56,613 bases of DNA from an uncultured bacterium (GCA_903840015.1 CAIMEL010000022.1:1-56613), one strand, 5' to 3'. Numbered from the stretch's first letter, positions 1 to 10,262 are shown. The notes: generated from the sequence alone by a model not told the origin. Numbers and translations: made by a program.

Positions 1-1505
1 GAAACCTCCTTACTCTTTTTTTCTACTTTAGGTAAATTTCTCAATACAAAATCAGCATCTGACTTTCCCTTAGGCTTAATTGCTTCATTAACATGACAAT
101 CTATACTACATGCCACACCATATATTTTTTGAAAAACCTCAGAAATTATATTCCTACTCTTTGGAATTTCCATTCTCTCCTTGTGGAATTTGAATGGAAC
201 ATCTAGATACATAATCCCATTTTTAAAATCTACTACAGTAGCTCCTCCCAAGAAAGCATAAAGATGACCATTAAAAGGTTTAATTTCAGTAACAAACAAC
301 TCCCACTTTGACACTATCTCTGAAACTGGGATATCCTCACATCTAATAGTTTTGTTCTCACTTTGTACATCTCCCTGCTCAACTGGTTCAACTTGCGAAA
401 TTCTTTTCTTAACATCCTTGTTTACAATCTTAACGCCACTATTTGCTCCTGCCTTCATCATGGATGGGATTATCATTTCAAGAACAAGAGCTTGGTTATT
501 TGCATATCGAATCTTGTTCTCCGCATCTAGGAATAGATTTATGAGTTGATGAAGATCCTTAATATCTATATTTATCACGAAATCATACTCTTTTCTAATT
601 TTCCCACGAATCTTTTCAGAGAGAACCTCCCTAAGAATATCCAAGATATAGCTGGTAAATTGCTGCATATTAACACCACTATTTTCCAAACTTTCAATAA
701 TCTCAAGAGACTTGGAACCATCCCCTACTAACAAACTATTAAGAAGATTCAAAACTTGTTCACTATCTGGAATTCCAAGAATCTTTCGGACCTCCTCCAT
801 TGTTATTTCCTGCTTAGTATCTTCCTGCCCAGAATATACAACATCAAGAATTGATAGTGCATCACGATAACTACCCTTCGCGTTGTTCACAATCAAATCT
901 AATGCATCGCCTTTGATATGAATCTTCTCCTTCTTAGCTATCTCCTCTATCAAGCTTTTAATTTCACCATCTGTACCCAATCTAAAATCATATCTTTGAC
1001 ATCTAGAAAGTATTGTTGGTGGTAACTTGTGGACATCAGTTGTAGCGAATATGAAAATAACATGCTTAGGAGGCTCCTCAAGGGTCTTCAACAGGGCATT
1101 AAATGCCTCTGTGGTTAACATGTGCACCTCATCCACTATATACACTTTAAATTGCCCCTCAGAAGGGGAAAACTCTATCTTCTCCTTCAACTCTCGTATC
1201 TGATCTATGCCACGATTTGAAGCAGCATCAATCTCAATTAAATCTAGAAAAGTTCCATCAGCGATACTCTTACATACAGAACATTCATTACATGGATTTC
1301 CACTGGATGTTAATGCAAGACAATTCACCGCCTTTGCCATTATACGTGCCATACTAGTCTTTCCAGTTCCTCTAGATCCAACAAAGAGATATCCATGAGA
1401 AATCTGTTTCCCTTTAACAGCATTCTTTAAAAGCCTAGTAATATGTTCCTGGCCTTTAATTTCATCAAAATTCGTAGAACGATATTTTTGGTACAAAGAA
1501 GACAT
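1..1505 (-). CDS. dnaX: DNA polymerase III subunit gamma/tau (3' end runs off the window)
   Basis: Manual minus-strand translation from ATG 1505: MSSLYQKYRSTNFDEIKGQEHI, Walker A GSRGTGKT, Zn site (PCNECSVC), DAASNRG, DEVHML, NALLKTLEEP, TILSRC. Missing from the ORF track because it is open at the window edge. Confidence 0.93.
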   Translation of the reverse strand, partial: MSSLYQKYRSTNFDEIKGQEHITRLLKNAVKGKQISHGYLFVGSRGTGKTSMARIMAKAVNCLALTSSGNPCNECSVCKSIADGTFLDLIEIDAASNRGIDQIRELKEKIEFSPSEGQFKVYIVDEVHMLTTEAFNALLKTLEEPPKHVIFIFATTDVHKLPPTILSRCQRYDFRLGTDGEIKSLIEEIAKKEKIHIKGDALDLIVNNAKGSYRDALSILDVVYSGQEDTKQEITMEEVRKILGIPDSEQVLNLLNSLLVGDGSKSLEIIESLENSGVNMQQFTSYILDILREVLSEKIRGKIRKEYDFVINIDIKDLHQLINLFLDAENKIRYANNQALVLEMIIPSMMKAGANSGVKIVNKDVKKRISQVEPVEQGDVQSENKTIRCEDIPVSEIVSKWELFVTEIKPFNGHLYAFLGGATVVDFKNGIMYLDVPFKFHKERMEIPKSRNIISEVFQKIYGVACSIDCHVNEAIKPKGKSDADFVLRNLPKVEKKSKEV

Positions 1506-1547
1506 GCATATATACTAGATGAAAGTGAGGAATTTGCCAAGTGAAAT

Positions 1548-3971
1548 TTATTTACCCATCACCTTAAGCTTCTCTACTGCCTCATTTAAAAGTTGAGTAT
1601 ACAAACCATACCCGACAGAATTAATCACTCCCGACTGATTATTCCCTAATATATCACCAGCACCTCTAATTTCTAAATCTTTACTTGAGAGCAAAAAACC
1701 CGACCCTAGCTCTGCAGATTCTTTAATAGCTTCGAGACGAAGTTCAGCAGAACCATTCAAAACATCATAATAGAAGTAGGCATAGGCTTGCCTTTCTGAC
1801 CTACCTATCCTCCCCCTTATCTGATACATCTGAGAAAGACCCAATGAGGACGCATCATCGACGATCAAGGTATTAACATTAGGAATATCCAAACCATTTT
1901 CAATAATTGTAGTACAAAGAAGAATATCACTCTCCTTTTGTATGAATCTTGCCATTCCATCATATAGTTCCTGTGAGCTCATTTGCCCATGTACTACAAC
2001 AATTTCATTGTTTGGAAAAAGTTCAGTTAATTTCCTGTACACACCCGATATTGTTGCCACCCTGTTATGCAAAAAGTACACTTGCCCTCCTCTTTCCAAT
2101 TCTTTCGATATCGCCTGCCTTACATCTTCCCAATCGAATTTTTTAAATGTATTAATAATATTCTTCCTACCTTCAGGAGGTGTCGCGAGTACTGAAATAT
2201 CACGAATACCGACCAAGGCCATATTGAGTGTCCTAGGAATTGGTGTTGCCGTAAGAGAAAGAACATTACTGTTAACACGACACCCTTTTATTTTCTCTTT
2301 CTGTTTTACTCCGAATTTCTGTTCTTCATCTATGATTAATAGCCCTAGATTTTTAAACCTTACATCTTCATTTAGAAGAGAATGTGTTCCAATGACAATA
2401 TCTACTGTACCTTTCTCCAAACCCTCAAGTACCTCTTCTCTTTCATCATTGGAAGAGAATCTAGACAAGGAGGAGATATTGAATGCATACTCTTTAAATC
2501 GCTCCTTAAATGTTGCTATGTGCTGTTGTACTAATACCGTTGTAGGAGCAAGAACTGCAACCTGATAGCCCTCGTTTACAATAGCGAAACACGCTCTCAT
2601 TGCAATTTCTGTTTTACCATAACCAACATCTCCCACCAACAATCTGTCCATAGGTGTATTTTTTTGCAAATCATCCACTATATGCTTAGTCGCTAAGAAC
2701 TGATCTTCTGTATCCCTAAATTCAAATTTCTTCACAAAAAGATCAAAATCATTTAAAGAATTTTCAGAGGATACTAATGGATCCCTCTTAGCCGTTTTAC
2801 GCAAAGCATACAATTGAAGAAGCTCTTTGGCGATATCCTCTGCTCTTTCACTAGCTTTCTTTGATATCCTACTCCAAACACCACTATTTAAACCGGTTAA
2901 TTTAGGTTTAACCCTACCTGCTCCTACATATTTAGTCAATTTCTCGGATGCACTTAATGGTACATATAGTCTATCTTTCCCAGCATAGGCAATTTCTATG
3001 TAATAGCCAGTTTCTTTTCTTGATATTTCGACATATCGTCCGATACCGTGGTCCGCATGAACAATATAGTCTCCTGGTAATATCTTCTTCAAGATATCAA
3101 CAGAAGCAGGGTCCATCTTAAGGTTTTTTTCTTGATACAAGGACAAATCTACCTCTCCAAGAACTTCAAAATCAGTAAGAAGTAGAACCTTTGCAATTGA
3201 AGAAACAAATCCCCTGATTAAAATTTTTGATAACTCGCCATCTCTTTCAAAGACATGATCTATCTTCTTGCTCAATACTTCATTACTATTTGCCTTAAAA
3301 TGCTCAAGATTCCCTGTAATATACACTATCTTGTAGCTTCTTGCCTTGTAATTATTAACTATTTCCAAAACAGATCTACTGGTAGAATAACTATCGATAT
3401 ATGGAATTCTTCGAATAGCCAAATCTACAGCATTTGAATCAAAATCTGGACCTGCAAGAACTGAAAGATTTATACTCTTTTGAGCCTCTTCATTACCTAC
3501 CAATAATTTAGATGATCCATTGACAAAGCTTTTACTCTGAACTGTCCTCACTTTCTTTCTACTTACAGCATCCACCAAGTCTATACTCTCTACAACATTA
3601 TTGTCTAAACTAATCCTAACAACCTGCTTCATACTGAAGGGCCAGATTAGAACAACATCCCCCAAGATAGCGATTTCTCCTTCACTCCAAACTCTCTCAA
3701 CTCTCTGATATCCTTGTTTTACAAAACTCTCAACATCAAAGATATCTCCTACCGAGATTGTAAAGATACTATCTTTCTGGCTGCCTTCCTCGCCCTTGAA
3801 TAGCCATACTGAAGAGTCAAACATAATACCTAGCATCTCAGATACAAACTCGTAAAAATCAGGGTCTATTCCTGTAACACATTTCCTCTCAAGAATATCT
3901 TCCTTCAAGGACTTGTACTCAGGATTCAGAAGAGAAACTAAACTTTTTATTGTATCTTTACTGCTATTCAC
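1548..3971 (-). CDS. mfd: Transcription-repair coupling factor, shortened form
   Basis: CarD/RID motif (GDYIVHADHGIGRY), RecG-like helicase motifs (DRLLVGDVGYGKTE, DEEQ, TATPIPRT, QIRGRIGR) and TRG motif DLEIRGAG. Confidence 0.9.
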   Translation of the reverse strand: MNSSKDTIKSLVSLLNPEYKSLKEDILERKCVTGIDPDFYEFVSEMLGIMFDSSVWLFKGEEGSQKDSIFTISVGDIFDVESFVKQGYQRVERVWSEGEIAILGDVVLIWPFSMKQVVRISLDNNVVESIDLVDAVSRKKVRTVQSKSFVNGSSKLLVGNEEAQKSINLSVLAGPDFDSNAVDLAIRRIPYIDSYSTSRSVLEIVNNYKARSYKIVYITGNLEHFKANSNEVLSKKIDHVFERDGELSKILIRGFVSSIAKVLLLTDFEVLGEVDLSLYQEKNLKMDPASVDILKKILPGDYIVHADHGIGRYVEISRKETGYYIEIAYAGKDRLYVPLSASEKLTKYVGAGRVKPKLTGLNSGVWSRISKKASERAEDIAKELLQLYALRKTAKRDPLVSSENSLNDFDLFVKKFEFRDTEDQFLATKHIVDDLQKNTPMDRLLVGDVGYGKTEIAMRACFAIVNEGYQVAVLAPTTVLVQQHIATFKERFKEYAFNISSLSRFSSNDEREEVLEGLEKGTVDIVIGTHSLLNEDVRFKNLGLLIIDEEQKFGVKQKEKIKGCRVNSNVLSLTATPIPRTLNMALVGIRDISVLATPPEGRKNIINTFKKFDWEDVRQAISKELERGGQVYFLHNRVATISGVYRKLTELFPNNEIVVVHGQMSSQELYDGMARFIQKESDILLCTTIIENGLDIPNVNTLIVDDASSLGLSQMYQIRGRIGRSERQAYAYFYYDVLNGSAELRLEAIKESAELGSGFLLSSKDLEIRGAGDILGNNQSGVINSVGYGLYTQLLNEAVEKLKVMGK

Positions 3972-4036
3972 AAGCCTATTTTATCAATACTAACAAAATA
4001 TGTATAATTATTAAGATAATTTGACTCATTATTTGG

Positions 4037-5263
4037 ATGTTAATTGCACACGCCCCACTGTCATATCTAGGAAACGAACTAATTCAAAGAAAGAGAATCA
4101 AAACTCTTCAATCCGGAGAACAGCTATTGATTGCCCTCTTTAGCCTCTTCTTTGGCATTTTGCCTGACTTTGACCTTTTCTTACTAACACTTTTCCGAAT
4201 TCCAACATTTCTACATCACGAAGTAATCACTCATACACCGATCTTCTACCTAATAGTATGGATAATACTGAAGTTAATATACAAAACATTCCATAATTTA
4301 CTAAACAAGAAAATCCAAAAGGTGTTAAATTTGAATTTACTAGAGATACTCATAGACACATTTCTGATTACAACCCTCTTACACCTTTTAGGAGATCTCC
4401 TAGTAACCGAAGTAATGGTTCTGTTTCCTTTAATGTCAGAGCAATTTGTAATATTGAAATATATCCTTGAGCCAAACCGCTTTTCAGGATATTCATTCAG
4501 TCCGTTATTTGCAATAGAGATTTTGATTTTGTCAATTTTCCTAGGAACAATAGTTCGAAAATATTTGAAAGAGAACAAGGTTTTAGATATTGTTTCCAAA
4601 TCAGTATTCATACTCTCCTGTATATACATACCGTTATCAATCCTAGTTAATTTCAGGACATACAACAGCAGCTATCTTTACGACAAGAACGGCAACATTA
4701 ATTATGATATGGATTACGATGGCACCGTAGATCACAATGATTTGGATATTGGAAATACTGGAAATGGAAATATTCTGCAACCTACTAGTGACAATCTCTT
4801 TGATGCTACTTTAGATATTGTCAATTCCAAGAAACTTGTAGCCCAGAAAGGCTCTCTCTCTTATATCTTGGGAGGGCTAGATTCCTACAGATTGATCTCA
4901 CAAGCCTACTATAATTTGCATCTACCGATAGAGTCTACATTAGGTAGTTACAAACAATCAAAGAGTGATTCCCAAGGTTATGAAAACGAGATTGATTACT
5001 TAGATACTTTAAGGGAATATTTAACAGAGAAAGAACTCTTAATTGAGTTGAATCTTTCATCTACTCCAAACATTCCGAGAGGGAAAATACTCTTTTTAAT
5101 AGACAAAGAGGAAAAAATTATTAATGCAGGGATATCCTTAGAGGGTAACTACATAGGGATTGTACTAGAGAGTGACAAATACTTACAGATGCATTCATAC
5201 TACAGTGTGATAGAGTATTACGAAGAAAAAGTAGACAGCATTTACATCGTTACTGACAATTAG
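4037..5263 (+). CDS. YdjM-like membrane metal-dependent hydrolase fused to a C-terminal soluble domain
   Basis: MLIAH, LPDFD, HHEVITH and HLLGD metal-ligand motifs in a multi-TM N-half. The C-half carries a DxDxDG loop. Confidence 0.7.
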   Translation: MLIAHAPLSYLGNELIQRKRIKTLQSGEQLLIALFSLFFGILPDFDLFLLTLFRIPTFLHHEVITHTPIFYLIVWIILKLIYKTFHNLLNKKIQKVLNLNLLEILIDTFLITTLLHLLGDLLVTEVMVLFPLMSEQFVILKYILEPNRFSGYSFSPLFAIEILILSIFLGTIVRKYLKENKVLDIVSKSVFILSCIYIPLSILVNFRTYNSSYLYDKNGNINYDMDYDGTVDHNDLDIGNTGNGNILQPTSDNLFDATLDIVNSKKLVAQKGSLSYILGGLDSYRLISQAYYNLHLPIESTLGSYKQSKSDSQGYENEIDYLDTLREYLTEKELLIELNLSSTPNIPRGKILFLIDKEEKIINAGISLEGNYIGIVLESDKYLQMHSYYSVIEYYEEKVDSIYIVTDN

Positions 5264-5823
5264 AGCAATATTTCTGCTAAAAGAGATTTAGTGGCTTCTT
5301 CCAAGGTTTCATCTAGGATGATACGCTCCTCTTTTGTGAAATTCATCAACACATAATCTTCTCCAGGAATCTTACTATCGTATCTGTTTTCAATGCCGAT
5401 TCTCACTCTCCGGAAATCTGTTGTCCCTACCTTTTGTTCTACACTCTTAACTCCATTATGACCCAAAGGAGATTTGCCTTGTTGAATCTTAAACTTACCA
5501 AGTTTGAGATCTAAATCATCATGAATGAGAATAAGGTTCTCGCTTGGAGATCCAACTTCATATTTCTCAATAACTTTCGACACCATTGCCCCAGAATTAT
5601 TCATATATGTTAGTGGCTTTTGTAATACGGCAAGAATCGTAGAGCCTTTTTTGATAAATGATAATAGAGAGTTAAAGGTTGTCTCTTCTCTCCATTCTGT
5701 GGCATATATATCTCCCATATACAGAAATTTCTCCTGTACTCTATCTAGAAAAAGGAAACCAGCATTATGCCTAGTATTGATATATTTTTTCTCAGGGTTA
5801 CCTAGCCCTACTATTAATTTCAT
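5260..5823 (-). CDS. pth: Peptidyl-tRNA hydrolase
   Basis: LIVGLGNP, TRHNAG, YMNNSG, HDDLD, GHNG, RVRIGI motifs. Confidence 0.96.
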   Translation of the reverse strand: MKLIVGLGNPEKKYINTRHNAGFLFLDRVQEKFLYMGDIYATEWREETTFNSLLSFIKKGSTILAVLQKPLTYMNNSGAMVSKVIEKYEVGSPSENLILIHDDLDLKLGKFKIQQGKSPLGHNGVKSVEQKVGTTDFRRVRIGIENRYDSKIPGEDYVLMNFTKEERIILDETLEEATKSLLAEILL

Positions 5824-6241
5824 CTAATATATTCTGCAATATATTCTCTTGTTTTACAAACATCTCCTCTGGAGATACATTGCCTTCTTCAAATTTACCA
5901 GTATGATCATATCCAAGAAGATGTAAAAATCCGTGAATTATGTCTCTCAAAACCTCTTCAAAAGAGTAATTCAAAGATATATATTCAGGGCATATATACA
6001 CCTCTCCAGAAAAAGGCTCCCTATCAATCTCAAAGGATAACACATCTGTAACAGAATCCACCTCCCTATACTCTCTATTCAACCTTCTGATCTCCTCACT
6101 TGTGACAAAGATTATACTCAGGTCTGAAATATTGTATACAGAAAAGATCTTCTCCAAAGAAAGTTTCAATATTTGTTTTGTAAAAGACACCTTAGGAAAA
6201 CTCTTTCTGAAAATACCCCAATTGAAAATATTCAACTTCAT
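5798..6241 (-). CDS. ybeY: rRNA maturation endoribonuclease YbeY
   Basis: LNREYR, TDVLSF and HGFLHLLGYDH motifs. Confidence 0.93.
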   Translation of the reverse strand: MKLNIFNWGIFRKSFPKVSFTKQILKLSLEKIFSVYNISDLSIIFVTSEEIRRLNREYREVDSVTDVLSFEIDREPFSGEVYICPEYISLNYSFEEVLRDIIHGFLHLLGYDHTGKFEEGNVSPEEMFVKQENILQNILDEINSRAR

Positions 6242-6242
6242 A

Positions 6243-6686
6243 CTATTGCAGAAGACTTTCTACAACATTTTTAACAAGCATACCATCAGCCTTACCATTC
6301 AATTCCTTCATAACAGAACCCATCAATCTTCCCATATCATGCTTACCACTAATTGAAAGCTCTGACATTTTAGCTTTAACCACAGCAAGAACTTCTTCCT
6401 CAGACATAAGGGTTGGGAGATATGATTGAATGACAGCCAATTGCCTCTGCTCTTTCTCAACAAGATCTTCTCTTTGCATCTTAGTAAACTGGTCGATAGA
6501 ATCCTTGACCTTCTTCTCTTCCTTTCGAAGAACTTTCTCTATTTCGCTATCTTCAAGCTCTTTGCCTATCTCTATTGAATAGTTTTTACATGCAGCTATT
6601 ACCATTTTAAGGATATCCGATCTATCAGTATCACCATCTTTCGTAGCAGAGAACATATCTTTTCTTAAGGTTTCTAGCAAAGACAT
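6243..6686 (-). CDS. GatB/YqeY domain protein
   Basis: Helical protein with YLP..MSEEE and MGRLMG..GKADG signature, directly downstream of rpsU as is typical. Confidence 0.88.
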   Translation of the reverse strand: MSLLETLRKDMFSATKDGDTDRSDILKMVIAACKNYSIEIGKELEDSEIEKVLRKEEKKVKDSIDQFTKMQREDLVEKEQRQLAVIQSYLPTLMSEEEVLAVVKAKMSELSISGKHDMGRLMGSVMKELNGKADGMLVKNVVESLLQ

Positions 6687-6702
6687 ATTAGAAAAATCAA
6701 AG

Positions 6703-6903
6703 TTATTTTGCTCTTCGTGCAGCAGATCTTCTTCTTCTCTTCATCTTAGCCCACTCTTTCCTCTTAGCAATTTCCAAATCAGCCTTTCGAACTCTGAAAG
6801 CCTTCGTTCTGTAGGTTTCTAAGATTTTTTCTCTCAAAACTTCTCTATGAAGTCTCTTAAGAGCACTATCTATATTTTCGTTGGAATGTACAATTACTGA
6901 CAT
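6703..6903 (-). CDS. rpsU: 30S ribosomal protein bS21
   Basis: ENIDSALKR start, basic C-terminus, strong AAGGAGG SD, rpsU-yqeY-ybeY synteny. Confidence 0.9.
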   Translation of the reverse strand: MSVIVHSNENIDSALKRLHREVLREKILETYRTKAFRVRKADLEIAKRKEWAKMKRRRRSAARRAK

Positions 6904-6953
6904 TTTACCTCCTTTAAATTAATAACTACGCAAGTCGATTATATCACACCATT

Positions 6954-8531
6954 TTACTTTTTTACTACCTTCTTTTCGAAATTGTTTCTCCTTTTTTTAA
7001 CATTACTCTCTTCTTTCTCCTTATTAGCCTTTTTAATATTCTTCACTATGTTCTTTGTTAGCAATACAAGACTACTCCTAGCAGAAGAGAACATATCCAT
7101 CAACAAACCCCAAAGAATACCCAAGAACAGAAGTATTGCTCCAATCTTTATGATCCTAGAGGATTCAGTAGGCAAAGCGGTATCTGGCAAAGGTTCATCA
7201 TTTGTAATGATACAATCTGCAACTATTTCTGCGGAATCAGACAGCGAAGAACCTGATTCTGGATATACCGTAACTGTATTTATATATCTACCAAAATCTA
7301 GTTTCCCTAACAGGTATGAATATGTATATGTTTTCTGTTGTCCTCCAAGGAATTCAGCATCCGTACCACTCAAATTCCAAGTGATTACGCCATTAGAAAA
7401 TGTTCCTCCCTTTGATATAGAGCCCATTTGATCTTTGCGAACTTTTGGATCTAGATTATCGACAATCTTAGTTATTTTCCTGCTACTTTGTGAGAGATTC
7501 TTAACTGCGATTACATAGGAAAGGCGGGCTTTTGGAGAGCTGGTTTTTTCATCAATACAACTCTCGACAACGTTCTTTTGGACACTCCATCCAGGTTCTC
7601 CGATTGTGAATGTTGTTGTCAATGTACAAGCAGAGCTAGCATTTCCCTTTTTATCCTTCCAAGATAGATCCAGTGTGTATGTCCCTGGTTCAAGACATTT
7701 ACTTGATGTACTGAGAGTTTCAGAAATTGTAGTTTGTGTAGCAGACTCTGATTTTTTGTATGAGGATCTACCCTGCCCATTCAATTTAACAGAAATAGTA
7801 TTGGCATCAATGCCATCACTATCCTTTGCAAGAGCATCATATTCTATTGGATCACAGTAATTGTACTGTCCAGAGGGTTTTTTGTTCCATGAACCTGAAT
7901 CGCAGACATTCTTAGTTTCCGTACAAGGATTATCAGCGTATGGGTTCTTACATTGAGAAAGCTTACCATAGCAAGGATGACCAGGTCCATAATCTTGAAT
8001 ACTAATTTGACCTGAGCTTACATTACACATAGCAACTTTCGGAGCGCAATCTTTCTTTGCCGCACTATTTACACTACTTTGAGTTCCACTTGGGAACGTG
8101 CAGTTTGTACCACATCCATCGGACCAAGAAGCACAACTACATTTTACGACTGGAGTATCGCCATCACAGTCACCATACTGACCACCATTACCTGAACAAG
8201 CATCTGAACAACTCCCACTATTAACTGTAACCCATCTCCCATCACAGCAGTGACATCGTTTTGCAGTTCCACAAGCAACTGTACCGCAAGGTTTACCGTT
8301 TTCTTCACAGGGGATGAACCCATTAGTGCTTCCACACTGAGCATAACACGCCGCCGTCGCCGCAGCAGAACAACCTTCTCCACCTCCACCTCCCGCATCG
8401 CTATCCCCGGGCCCTAAACTATCCTCTTGGTTAACTCTCCAAAGGAGATATCCTCCAGCTCCTGCAAAAAGTATACAGAAAACAATTAGAAGTATTAAAA
8501 TGGTGTTTTTCTTTGTTCTGAGCAGTACCAT
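6954..8531 (-). CDS. Cys-rich surface protein with Ig/DUF11-like domains and C-terminal LPDTA-TM-basic tail
   Basis: N-terminal TM, Gly linker, Cys-rich region, beta-sandwich-like segments (SYVIAVKN..IVDNLD..ITW..YINTVTV), then LPDTA and a hydrophobic helix. Confidence 0.65.
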   Translation of the reverse strand: MVLLRTKKNTILILLIVFCILFAGAGGYLLWRVNQEDSLGPGDSDAGGGGGEGCSAAATAACYAQCGSTNGFIPCEENGKPCGTVACGTAKRCHCCDGRWVTVNSGSCSDACSGNGGQYGDCDGDTPVVKCSCASWSDGCGTNCTFPSGTQSSVNSAAKKDCAPKVAMCNVSSGQISIQDYGPGHPCYGKLSQCKNPYADNPCTETKNVCDSGSWNKKPSGQYNYCDPIEYDALAKDSDGIDANTISVKLNGQGRSSYKKSESATQTTISETLSTSSKCLEPGTYTLDLSWKDKKGNASSACTLTTTFTIGEPGWSVQKNVVESCIDEKTSSPKARLSYVIAVKNLSQSSRKITKIVDNLDPKVRKDQMGSISKGGTFSNGVITWNLSGTDAEFLGGQQKTYTYSYLLGKLDFGRYINTVTVYPESGSSLSDSAEIVADCIITNDEPLPDTALPTESSRIIKIGAILLFLGILWGLLMDMFSSARSSLVLLTKNIVKNIKKANKEKEESNVKKRRNNFEKKVVKK

Positions 8532-8542
8532 AGTTACATAGA

Positions 8543-9685
8543 TTACATAAACATATTCTTCAAACTCTCTATATTAACAATATCTTTAATAATTACAAAG
8601 ACTATCAATACGATGAGAAGACCAAAACTAATATTTATTATCAAAGCTTCTACTCTTTCATCCAAATTCTTCCTCAACAAACCCTCTATAGTCAAGATAA
8701 AGACACGACCACCATCAAGAGCAGGTATTGGTAAGAGGTTAACTATTGCCAAAGAAAGAGATAGATCAGCAATAATGCTTAAGAAAGGTATCAATCCGAA
8801 ATCTTTAAAATAGTCTATAACAAAGTAGATACCAACTGGACCAGAAACTGAATTAGAAAGCTCTGTATAATCACCAGTATCCTGAGCCTTATTTATAATT
8901 TCACCAAATTTAATCCAAATTAATCGCAAGGTATTTACCAAGTGAACAGGCCCTGCAATCAACCTGTTATCTTCATACGACAGGATAACAAGATAGTTAC
9001 TTGGTAACGAAATACCAACCTTGCCTTCTGGAGAAACACCAACCAAATACTCTTTACACTCCTGATCTACACAGATATCCATAGATACATTCTGCCCTCG
9101 ATTCTCCCAGAGTAGAAGTCCAACCTCGTCTGAATTCTTAATATCTTGCCCTTGAATAGATACAATCTTACCCTTCTCAGGGATACCAGCCTTCTGTGCA
9201 CCCCCACCATCTAAAACTTCAAGATATTCCACATCCCCTATTCTTTCCCTGTAAAGCTCTCCTCCAATTGCATCGAATTTCTCAAATTCACTACCGATAA
9301 CAAGCTTCCATCCAGAGGCTCCAAGAACTATATAGTAAAAAAGTATTGCAAGGAAGATATTCATCGTAACTCCTGCAAGCATTACAAATATCTGTTGAAC
9401 TTTAGGCTTTTTCGATAAATTTCCCTTTGGATTAGACTTAGAATCCTCTTTTCCCGGATCTCCATCACCCAGAATCTTCACATAACCACCCAAGGGAAAC
9501 AACCTTATACTATACTGTGTACCTTTGAACTTCTTAGATATTAATTGGGGACCAAAGCCCAATGCAAATTCAAAAACTTTTGCTCCAACAATTTTCGCAG
9601 CTACAAAATGCCCCAACTCATGAACAAAAGTTAAGGTCCCTATAACTAGGATGAAAAGTAGGATATTTACAATCACAGATTCCAT
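8543..9685 (-). CDS. rseP: RIP metalloprotease RseP (M50 with PDZ-like domain)
   Basis: HELGH, GFGP, PLGGYV, SGPVGI and NLLPIPALDGG motifs. Confidence 0.92.
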   Translation of the reverse strand: MESVIVNILLFILVIGTLTFVHELGHFVAAKIVGAKVFEFALGFGPQLISKKFKGTQYSIRLFPLGGYVKILGDGDPGKEDSKSNPKGNLSKKPKVQQIFVMLAGVTMNIFLAILFYYIVLGASGWKLVIGSEFEKFDAIGGELYRERIGDVEYLEVLDGGGAQKAGIPEKGKIVSIQGQDIKNSDEVGLLLWENRGQNVSMDICVDQECKEYLVGVSPEGKVGISLPSNYLVILSYEDNRLIAGPVHLVNTLRLIWIKFGEIINKAQDTGDYTELSNSVSGPVGIYFVIDYFKDFGLIPFLSIIADLSLSLAIVNLLPIPALDGGRVFILTIEGLLRKNLDERVEALIINISFGLLIVLIVFVIIKDIVNIESLKNMFM

Positions 9686-9701
9686 TCAAGTAAAGTATAA
9701 A

Positions 9702-10262
9702 TTATATTGTTAAAAGATCCTTTTCTTTCTCCTCCCTAATATCTTCAATAGTCGTATTTGCAGATTTAACCTCTTTCTCGATCTCCTCTCGCAATCTGTC
9801 TGCTTCATCTTCAGAGAAACCTTCCTTCTGAGCTTCATCAATCTCCTTCATATACTTCTGTCTAACCTGTCTTACAGCAACTCTTCCATCTTCTATTCTC
9901 TCTTTCATAACTTTCACATACTCTCTCCTTCTTTCCTCTGTCAAATCAGGGATTTTAACCAACACCCTATCACCCTCTGTTATTGGTGAGAAACCAAGAT
10001 TTGCGGAATTTATCGCTTTAGAAATATTATCTAAAATACTCTTGTCCCATGGTTGAATAATTACAGTCTTTGCATCAAGAGCATTTATGGAAGCGAGATT
10101 TTTCAAAGGTGACGATGTCTCATAGGCATTCACCATAACATCCTCAACTAATTCAGGTGTAGCTCGACCTGTACGAATCTGTGAGAGATCCTCCTTTATA
10201 TGGGCAATACATTTAGCAATATCAATCTGAAATTGTTTGAAATCCATTTGCAAAATACTCAA
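9702..10262 (-). CDS. frr: Ribosome recycling factor (alternative ATG start at 10247)
   Basis: IRTGRA, IQPWD and PDLTEERR motifs; tsf-frr synteny. Confidence 0.95.
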   Translation of the reverse strand: MSILQMDFKQFQIDIAKCIAHIKEDLSQIRTGRATPELVEDVMVNAYETSSPLKNLASINALDAKTVIIQPWDKSILDNISKAINSANLGFSPITEGDRVLVKIPDLTEERRREYVKVMKERIEDGRVAVRQVRQKYMKEIDEAQKEGFSEDEADRLREEIEKEVKSANTTIEDIREEKEKDLLTI

